NCBI GenBank assembly: GCA_964405655.1
Contig: CAYOOO010000001.1
Span: 89,083-153,082, forward strand
DNA length: 64,000 nucleotides
Direction: 5' to 3'
Source: an uncultured Gammaproteobacteria bacterium
GTDB taxonomy: Bacteria > Patescibacteriota > Microgenomatia > Daviesbacterales > UBA10151
Shown: positions 57,419 to 64,000 of the stretch, piece by piece
How the letters are laid out: each line of letters begins with the position of its first letter
Numbering within the stretch: the first letter of the stretch is position 1
Made by a program: the position numbers and the translations under genes
Notes under the pieces: model-generated
Database searches by the model: none
What the model saw: the letters and a program-made list of their open reading frames with translations, nothing else
What the model was told of the DNA's origin: nothing

Positions 57419-58747
57419 ATGATTCCAAAATATATTGATAAATCTTTAATTCCTCACAAGCCAGGGATTTATATATTTAAAGATAAGCAAAGTGGTGTAC
57501 TTTATGTGGGTAAGGCGATAGATCTATACAATCGGGTTGCCTCCTATTTTAGTACCAGCACATTGCCTCCTAAAACTGCCTCCTTAGTGGAAAATATTAG
57601 CGATCTTGAGACAATTATTGTTGAGTCAGAGTTAGAAGCGTTGATACTTGAGGCGAACTTAATCAAAAAATTTTTGCCACCCTATAACATTAGGTTGACC
57701 GATGATAAAGATTATCTCTATATCGTAGTAACCAGTCAAGACTTTCCTACTGTCGAAACAGCCAGAAAAAAAGATCTAAGAGAGGTTAAGAAGTATTTTG
57801 GGCCATTTCCTTCTGCCAAGACTGTTCGAGTGACTCTTAAAAGGCTAAGAAGGGTCTTTCCTTGGTGCTCCAACCCTCCAGGTCCCAAGAATAAATCTGA
57901 TCGGGCATGCTTCTATTACCATCTTAAGCTTTGTCCTGGTGCCTGTGTTGGCTCAATTGATAAGAGGAATTATCAGAAGATAATCAGGCAGTTAGTTAAG
58001 TTTCTAGAAGGCAAAAAAGATGAACTTATCAGTGAACTCCAAAATCAAATGGATAATTTTTCAAAAAGGTTGGAGTTTGAACAAGCAGCTAAAGTTAAAC
58101 AAGAAATTAGTGGGATAGAGTATCTAACTTCACCAAATAGAGTCAGCGACTATCTGGAAAATCCTAATTTTTTGGAAGATGAAAATATCCGCTCTCTTAA
58201 CCAACTTCAGCAAGACCTAAAACTATCACAACTGCCGATACGAATTGAGGCTTATGATATTTCTAATATCCAAGGGAAACAGGCAACCGGTTCTTTGGTA
58301 GTTTTAACCAATGGAGAAATAGATAAATCCCAGTATAGAAGATTTAAAATCAATCCGCCAGCTGGCGGATCTGGTAGACCAAATGATGTTGGTATGCATA
58401 AGGAGATGATGAGAAGAAGATTAGCTCATCCTGAGTGGGATTTGCCTCAGTTAATAGTAGTTGATGGAGGTAGAGGTCAAGCCAGAGCAGTAAGTCAGTG
58501 TATCAGTGAGGCCAGTAAGACAGTAAAAAACATTATTGACAGTACCGATCGTACTAATCTTAGTGCAATACCGATCTATGGTTTAGCTAAAAGAATGGAA
58601 TGGTTGTATCCGCCTGAGGGAGAGATTATCAAACTTCCCAAACGGAGTTTGTCCTTAAGGCTTTTACAAAAAATTAGGGATGAGTCGCACCGTTTTGCAA
58701 TTAACTATCATCGAAAATTAAGACAAAGGTCGTTTTTAACCAAATGA
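57419..58747 (+). CDS. uvrC: Excinuclease ABC subunit C (lacks C-terminal HhH2)
   Basis: PGIYIF..VLYVGKA, EALILEANLIK, RIEAYDISN, VDGGRGQ, RDESHRFA. Confidence 0.95.
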   Translation: MIPKYIDKSLIPHKPGIYIFKDKQSGVLYVGKAIDLYNRVASYFSTSTLPPKTASLVENISDLETIIVESELEALILEANLIKKFLPPYNIRLTDDKDYLYIVVTSQDFPTVETARKKDLREVKKYFGPFPSAKTVRVTLKRLRRVFPWCSNPPGPKNKSDRACFYYHLKLCPGACVGSIDKRNYQKIIRQLVKFLEGKKDELISELQNQMDNFSKRLEFEQAAKVKQEISGIEYLTSPNRVSDYLENPNFLEDENIRSLNQLQQDLKLSQLPIRIEAYDISNIQGKQATGSLVVLTNGEIDKSQYRRFKINPPAGGSGRPNDVGMHKEMMRRRLAHPEWDLPQLIVVDGGRGQARAVSQCISEASKTVKNIIDSTDRTNLSAIPIYGLAKRMEWLYPPEGEIIKLPKRSLSLRLLQKIRDESHRFAINYHRKLRQRSFLTK

Positions 58748-58785
58748 CGATTTTAGCTAGTAGATTTGTTAAAATTATTTAGTAG

Positions 58786-59187
58786 ATGAAACATATCCTT
58801 AGAATTTTTTTAATCAACTTAGTTGCGCTTTGGTTTACTACCCAACTTATGCCGGGTTTAACTTACACCGGAGGCTTTAAGTCTTTGCTGTTTGGTTCGC
58901 TAGCAATAATGATTTTTAATTTATCTATTATTCCACTTCTTAAAATAATGTTTTTGCCACTCAATCTACTGACCTTAGGATTTTTTACTTGGGTTGTAAA
59001 TGTGGTTGGGCTCTACCTGATAACTAAGATTTTACCCCAGTTTGAGATAGTCTCTTATACATTTAGCGGTTTGAGCCTAAATGGGGTTATATTTCCAAGT
59101 ATTGAGCTAAATGTTTTGTATGTAGCAATTATATCCTCATTTCTGGTAGGATTTATATCACATTTCCTTCAGTGGGTCATAAAATAG
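58786..59187 (+). CDS. YvlD-like / 4-TM phage holin superfamily membrane protein
   Basis: PLLKIMFLPLNLLTLGFF.WVVN motif. Confidence 0.85.
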   Translation: MKHILRIFLINLVALWFTTQLMPGLTYTGGFKSLLFGSLAIMIFNLSIIPLLKIMFLPLNLLTLGFFTWVVNVVGLYLITKILPQFEIVSYTFSGLSLNGVIFPSIELNVLYVAIISSFLVGFISHFLQWVIK

Positions 59188-59205
59188 AATGTGATAGAGG
59201 CTGAA

Positions 59206-59256
59206 GGACTCATATCGCATTTCCTACAATGGGTGATCGAAGGGGCGATAAAGTAG
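59206..59256 (+). repeat. In-frame diverged copy of the last codons of the upstream gene
   Basis: Encodes GLISHFLQWVIEGAIK* versus GFISHFLQWVIK* at 59149-59187; offset 57 bp. Confidence 0.75.
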
Positions 59257-59266
59257 ACAAAACAGC

Positions 59267-59488
59267 ATGAATAATTTGGTTTTATCCTTAACACAAATAG
59301 TTTTAGCCATTATTATGACAGGATTAATACTTCTGCAATCAAAAGGCACAGGTCTAGGATCTACCTTTGGAGGTGATCTTGGTTTTTATGGTACTAAAAG
59401 AGGTGCAGAGAAGATCTTATTTATAACAACGATCGTTATTGCAGCACTATTCCTTCTCTCACTAATACTGGGGATATTTTTCGGGTAA
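59267..59488 (+). CDS. secG: Preprotein translocase subunit SecG
   Basis: ILLQSKGTGLGSTFGG...TKRGAEK; two TM helices. Confidence 0.93.
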   Translation: MNNLVLSLTQIVLAIIMTGLILLQSKGTGLGSTFGGDLGFYGTKRGAEKILFITTIVIAALFLLSLILGIFFG

Positions 59489-59512
59489 TCTTAAAGATCA
59501 AAAAGAAAGAAG

Positions 59513-60931
59513 ATGCAAAGAAATAGCCTAACTTTTAGTGGAACTAGCGGATTCTTTTACAAACCTAAGCTTTGGTGGTTTTATCTACTTGCTTACCTCA
59601 AAAGACACCGAAAACTATCTATTTCCTCAGTAGTCTTGATTTTTGTCTTTTTTTTGGGAATTTGGATCTTTAGCAGTTACTTTTATAAGGCCAGTTTAGT
59701 AGAAGGTATAGTTGGTACATATACTCAGCGGGATATTCCGGAAGTTGTGACAAAATTGCTTTCTCAAAGCTTAGTTAGTCTTGATAGTAGCGGTAAACCA
59801 GTACCAAACTTAGTAGAAAACTGGCAAGTCAATAATGACTCTAAAATCTATATCTTTAGACTTAAAAAAAATTTAACTTGGATTGATGGCAGCCCTATTA
59901 AAGCCTCTGATATTAACTTTACACTTTCTGATGTCGATGTTAGTGTCCTAGATGATAGAACAATTCAGTTTAAGATCTCTGACTCTTTTAGTCCTTTTCC
60001 GACTCTTCTGACTAAACCTATTTTTAAAAAAGATAGCCTTAAGGGTACGGGTCCTTATAAGATAAAAGCCATTAGAAAAGATCAAATCTTTGTAAAAAAG
60101 ATGACACTTACGTCAAAAGATAAGGACTTACCTAATTTAACAATTAAGTTTTATCCAAACGAGAGAATTGCCAGAAACGCTCTTAAATTGGGCGAGATTC
60201 AAACCCTACTTGGGATTACTGAAATTTCTGATCTATCAAGCTATAAAAACCTGTCAGTCTTTAGAAAAACTAACTATCAGCAGATTGTAACCATCTTTTA
60301 TAACACCAAAGATCCAATTCTAGCCGATGAAAATCTTAGGTTAGCACTTAGTTTTCAAGCTCCCTCAAATACCGGTGAGGAAGAGGCTAAAACTTCAATT
60401 CCTCCCAATTCTTGGGCATATAATCCAGAAGTCAAGGATTATCTAGGTAACTCTGAGCAATCAAGGATTTACTTGAGTAAAGTTCAAAACCTGGAAAATT
60501 TAAAAAGTAATCAAAAAAATGTGATTACCTTAACTGCAGTTTCTTCACTTAAGAATGTTGGCGAAAAAATAGTCCAAGAGTGGAATAAATTAGGTATAAA
60601 GGCTGTTTTAAGGGTTGAAAGCGGCATTCCTCAAAATTTTCAAGCTCTGCTTATAACTCAGAATATACCGATCGACCCAGATCAATATTCTCTTTGGCAC
60701 TCCACTCAAAATACTAACTTGACTAAATTTTCCAATCCTAGGATAGATAAAAACTTAGAAGATGGCAGAAAGACTTCAAATTCTGAGTTGAGGAAACAGA
60801 AATATAAGGACTTCCAAAAAGTTCTACTAGATCACGCCCCAGCCACCTTTTTATACTTTCCTAAATACAATGTAATTTTTATGAAAAAAGCGGAGAAAAA
60901 TCTGTTTAAAGTAATTAACCTTCAAATTTAA
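59513..60931 (+). CDS. ABC transporter substrate-binding protein (family 5), TM-anchored
   Basis: EGIVG, W.DG.PI.A.D..FT, GTGPYKI, DPDQYSLWHS; follows secG. Confidence 0.85.
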   Translation: MQRNSLTFSGTSGFFYKPKLWWFYLLAYLKRHRKLSISSVVLIFVFFLGIWIFSSYFYKASLVEGIVGTYTQRDIPEVVTKLLSQSLVSLDSSGKPVPNLVENWQVNNDSKIYIFRLKKNLTWIDGSPIKASDINFTLSDVDVSVLDDRTIQFKISDSFSPFPTLLTKPIFKKDSLKGTGPYKIKAIRKDQIFVKKMTLTSKDKDLPNLTIKFYPNERIARNALKLGEIQTLLGITEISDLSSYKNLSVFRKTNYQQIVTIFYNTKDPILADENLRLALSFQAPSNTGEEEAKTSIPPNSWAYNPEVKDYLGNSEQSRIYLSKVQNLENLKSNQKNVITLTAVSSLKNVGEKIVQEWNKLGIKAVLRVESGIPQNFQALLITQNIPIDPDQYSLWHSTQNTNLTKFSNPRIDKNLEDGRKTSNSELRKQKYKDFQKVLLDHAPATFLYFPKYNVIFMKKAEKNLFKVINLQI

Positions 60932-60948
60932 TTCTTCATCAGCTTCTT

Positions 60949-62142
60949 TTAAAGATTAGAAAAACCAAGAATTCTTAAAAGAGTTCTGAGCGTATTTTGG
61001 TAAATTGCCTTCTTTTTTATGTCCATTTCTTTTTGAATTTTAAAAACTAAGCGGTCTATTAACCAAGTTACTTTAGGCGTATTTAAATCATCATCTAAGG
61101 CCTTTGTGAATGTTTTTAAGGACTGTCTATCCAAACCTGGATTTTGAAATGATTGATCAGATAACAAAGCTCTTATTAATTTAACTCTTTCTTCTGCTTC
61201 AGTTAACGCACTCTCTACAAATTCCCATGGTTGTCTATAGTGATGACTGAGAAATAAATAACGTATGGAATTTGGAGAATATCTTTTGAGAAGGTTTGAT
61301 ACCATAATCAGATTTCCTAGAGACTTAGACATCTTCTTCCCTTGGTATAAAAGCATTGATGTATGCAGCCAGTACTTAACAAATGGAACTTTTTTAGTGT
61401 AAACCTCAGATTGAGCAACCTCGCTTTCGTGATGAGGATAGATTAGATCGTGACCGCCTCCATGAATATCAATCTGTTCTCCTAAGTATTCAAGAATCAT
61501 GGCTGAGCACTCAATATGCCAGCCAGGTCTACCTTTACCCCAAGGAGAATCCCAGTATGGTTCATCTGCTAAAGATTTAGACCAAAGTAGGAAATCTAAT
61601 GGATCTTCCTTTAGAGGATCATCTGGACTGGCCCCGCGCTCTTTGGAGATTACTTTCATTTGCTCCTTGGTCAACTTTGACAATTGTCTATAGCGATTAA
61701 ACCTGTTTACTCTGAAATAAACCTGGCCTCTTCTTTTATAGGCGAAACCCTCCTTGACTAACTTTTGGATCATCTTGATCATAGTAGTGATTGAGTCTGT
61801 CGCCTTGACATAATAAGTTGGCATCTTAATGTTTAGACTTTTAAGATCGGATAAAAATTTATTAGTCCAAAATTTTCCTAATTCTTTCCAGTTTTGGTTG
61901 TCTTTTTTAGCCCTACTTAAGATATCATCATCGATATCAGTCACATTTTGGGTATAGACTACCCGGTAACCTTTGAATTCTAAGAATCTTTTAAGAACAT
62001 CAAATACCATATAGGTAAAAGCATGACCTATATGGGTTGTATCATAAGGAGTGACTCCACAGACGTACATTAAAACTCTATCAGGATTGAGAGGACTGAA
62101 TTTTTTCTTAGTTTGAGTGAGCGAATTATAAAGTCTAAACAT
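60949..62142 (-). CDS. Cysteine--tRNA ligase paralog, MshC-like
   Basis: MYVCGVTPYDTTHIGHAFTY, GRPGWHIECS, DLIYPHHESE, KMSKS; 397 aa with no C-terminal anticodon domain. Confidence 0.8.
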   Translation of the reverse strand: MFRLYNSLTQTKKKFSPLNPDRVLMYVCGVTPYDTTHIGHAFTYMVFDVLKRFLEFKGYRVVYTQNVTDIDDDILSRAKKDNQNWKELGKFWTNKFLSDLKSLNIKMPTYYVKATDSITTMIKMIQKLVKEGFAYKRRGQVYFRVNRFNRYRQLSKLTKEQMKVISKERGASPDDPLKEDPLDFLLWSKSLADEPYWDSPWGKGRPGWHIECSAMILEYLGEQIDIHGGGHDLIYPHHESEVAQSEVYTKKVPFVKYWLHTSMLLYQGKKMSKSLGNLIMVSNLLKRYSPNSIRYLFLSHHYRQPWEFVESALTEAEERVKLIRALLSDQSFQNPGLDRQSLKTFTKALDDDLNTPKVTWLIDRLVFKIQKEMDIKKKAIYQNTLRTLLRILGFSNL

Positions 62143-62223
62143 TAGGGCAAAAAATTATATCAAGTAAAAGAAAAAAAATAAGTGATTTTTATCCCCCTTC
62201 GCAGAGAACCGCGGGAGCTTCAT

Positions 62224-63666
62224 CTACAATCTTCTAAAAGGTAGGCTGAAATAAAACGTGCTACCTTTACCTGCTGTTGAATCTACCCAGATTTTACCCC
62301 GGTGCAATTTGATAATCTCTTTAGTTATAAATAACCCAAGACCAAAACCAGGTGCTGACTTTTCTTCTATCTGGTAAAACCTGTCAAAAATTTTTCTCTG
62401 CTTATCTTTAGGGATACCAACTCCCCAATCTTTAATCCAAAATAAAATATTTTTCTTGTCCATCTTTGCCCCTGCATCGATTTTACTGCCCGGTTTGGAA
62501 TATTTTATGGCATTTGAAATCAAATTTACCAAAACCTGTTCCAATCTCTGGCCATCTGCCACAAGGATGATCTTTTTGGGTGGTTTAAAAAAAATTATTT
62601 TTATGTTTTTAGAAAGAAGCTGCATTTTTCTTATTACGATGGAAAAAAGTCTGTTTAAATTAACTTGCTCCAAGTTTAAAAATAATTTTCCACTCTCAAT
62701 TCTGTTTTCATCCAAGATATCGTTGATTAGTTGAGTTAACCTCTCAAGCTCCCTGTTAATCAACTCAAGCTCATCTAATTTAATCTGGTCAGAACCAAAC
62801 TTTTTAAACTTGGCTATATGGGCCTGGGAGATCAGTTTAAGGGTAGTGATCGGGGTTTTTAGTTCATGGGCAGCAATAGATAAAAACTCCGTTTTTAAGT
62901 TCTCAATTTTTTTGCGCTCTGTTATATCGTGACCGATAGCAGAGAAACCAATAATTTTTCCAGAACTATTTTTAATTGGGGAGATTGTCAGTAGTATATC
63001 AATAATTTTTCCCGCCTTTGTCTGACGTTTTGTTTCAAAACCTTTAATCTCTTTTCCTTCTCTTAGTTTTTTAAAAAGTACTTCCAGTTCTTTTTTGCGC
63101 CCTTTGGGAACAAGTATTGAAATAGGTTTATGAAGGATCTCATCTTCAGAGTATCCATAGACTCTTTTTGCTGCCGAGTTCCAGCTTAATATTTTTGTTT
63201 TTAAATCCGTTCCCACAACTGAGTCATTTGAGTTTTCAACTAAAAAAGCCAGTCGCTTCTGAGCCAAATGATTTTTTTTAAGCTCAGTGATATCATATTG
63301 GGTCTGGAAATAAAAAATTGTTTTGTTGTCTTCAATAATTGGATAAAAAGAAGCGTGAACATAATACTCGCTGCCGTCTTTACGTCTGTCAACCAGTTCA
63401 TCAGTAATATATGGTTTGCCTTCTGAAAGATGCTTCCAAAGATCTTTAATAACTGATTTAGGAGTTCTTTGAGTATGAAGAATCTTGGGGTTTTTACCTA
63501 GAACTTCTTTTAGTTTGTACCCTGTTAAGTGCTGCCAGGGTTTATTAACATAAACTATCTTGGCTTGAGTATTGGTAATTAAAATTGCATTAGGGGAATT
63601 ATCAGCAACAGTTTTTAAGCCAAGTAAAGCAGTATCCCTTTTTAGTGTTTTTTCTGCACGGGGCAT
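62224..63666 (-). CDS. Soluble PAS-PAS sensor histidine kinase
   Basis: Two PAS/PAC domains, AAHELKTP (H box), NLISNAIKYS, D.GVGI, GFGLGL. Confidence 0.93.
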   Translation of the reverse strand: MPRAEKTLKRDTALLGLKTVADNSPNAILITNTQAKIVYVNKPWQHLTGYKLKEVLGKNPKILHTQRTPKSVIKDLWKHLSEGKPYITDELVDRRKDGSEYYVHASFYPIIEDNKTIFYFQTQYDITELKKNHLAQKRLAFLVENSNDSVVGTDLKTKILSWNSAAKRVYGYSEDEILHKPISILVPKGRKKELEVLFKKLREGKEIKGFETKRQTKAGKIIDILLTISPIKNSSGKIIGFSAIGHDITERKKIENLKTEFLSIAAHELKTPITTLKLISQAHIAKFKKFGSDQIKLDELELINRELERLTQLINDILDENRIESGKLFLNLEQVNLNRLFSIVIRKMQLLSKNIKIIFFKPPKKIILVADGQRLEQVLVNLISNAIKYSKPGSKIDAGAKMDKKNILFWIKDWGVGIPKDKQRKIFDRFYQIEEKSAPGFGLGLFITKEIIKLHRGKIWVDSTAGKGSTFYFSLPFRRL

Positions 63667-63773
63667 AAATTCGCTTTATCTAATTATACTCTTTCAATAG
63701 CTGTATTAACCTAGATTGTGACTTTTGGAGCAGTAGCTTTGTCTATTTGTATAATAGACTCATGCCTTATCAG

Positions 63774-63846
63774 TGAGCCGCCTCGGAATCGAACCGAGAA
63801 CCTACTCCTTAAGAGGGAGTTGCTCTGCCAATTGAGCTAGCGGCCC
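63774..63846 (-). tRNA. tRNA-Lys(CTT)
   Basis: Reverse complement GGGCCGC...ACTCC-CTCTTAA-GGAGT...GGTTCGATTCC-GAGGCGGCTC-A. Confidence 0.95.
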
Positions 63847-64000
63847 ATAAAATTTAGTCTTTTTCATCGAGGATATGATACTACAATATCAAATTTTAAT
63901 GAAGCTAGGATTTAAGGGTTCTCAGAAATTGTTGGAGGAAGTTTAAATGGTTGTCTATTTTATCAATTCTTCCATGGTGGCCAACGAATTTAATTCTTTT

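Noticed and set aside
58786-59187. Prophage suggested by a phage-holin-family gene
   Set aside because: YvlD-like proteins are ordinary chromosomal genes often near uvr genes; no other phage genes are present
59149-59256. Diversity-generating retroelement VR/TR pair
   Set aside because: Differences are not restricted to adenines of one copy (e.g. GTC vs GTG), the repeat is very short, and no reverse transcriptase is in the window
2538-62734. Many 60-120 aa ORFs overlapping larger genes (e.g. 2538-2744, 6554-6835, 41335-41640, 43611-43967, 62456-62734)
   Set aside because: Antisense or alternate-frame shadows of well-supported genes, with no motifs or independent start signals
1-64000. CRISPR array, transposase, integrase, rRNA or tmRNA
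   Set aside because: No regularly spaced repeats or recognisable motifs were seen
1-64000. Alternative genetic code (TGA=Gly or general TAG recoding)
   Set aside because: Conserved genes end at TGA (rplU, gatC, gatA, dnaE) and TAG (rpmA, gatB, uvrA) at their expected lengths
63905-64000. 3' end of a minus-strand gene entering from the right edge
   Set aside because: Two frames are open (KELNSLATMEELIK* ending 63955 and a 31-codon frame ending 63905); neither can be chosen or named from this window

Overview
AT-rich chromosomal segment of a reduced-genome bacterium. Gene content, near-leaderless promoters and tRNAs without encoded CCA point to Patescibacteria/CPR, probably Microgenomates (inference). 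Genetic code 11 (TGA is used as stop). Housekeeping genes: ftsQ(3' part)-ftsA-ftsZ, ileS, rodA, rplU/rpmA, parB, lepB, polX, lemA-SET-htpX, gatCAB, dnaE, rplS, rnhB, lexA, uvrB/A/C, secG. Also a surface-glycosylation cluster, a four-permease ABC-2 module, scattered purine genes (PurO-like, purM, purA), an MshC-like CysRS paralog, a PAS histidine kinase and seven tRNAs. No CRISPR array, transposase or integrase was seen. Main hidden structures: (1) two homologous 54-nt double-hairpin cassettes at the same T-loop position of duplicated 3' ends of tRNA-Asp and tRNA-Glu; (2) a GIY-YIG nuclease gene between a palindrome-scarred 5' half of tRNA-Lys and the intact tRNA; (3) related palindromes inserted in frame in uvrA, uvrB and uvrC, plus an unrelated pair in polX; (4) an in-frame, synonymously diverged copy of a gene's C-terminus just past its amber stop, which can also fold as covarying tandem hairpins or pseudoknots; (5) two divergent genes whose start codons overlap inside one palindrome.
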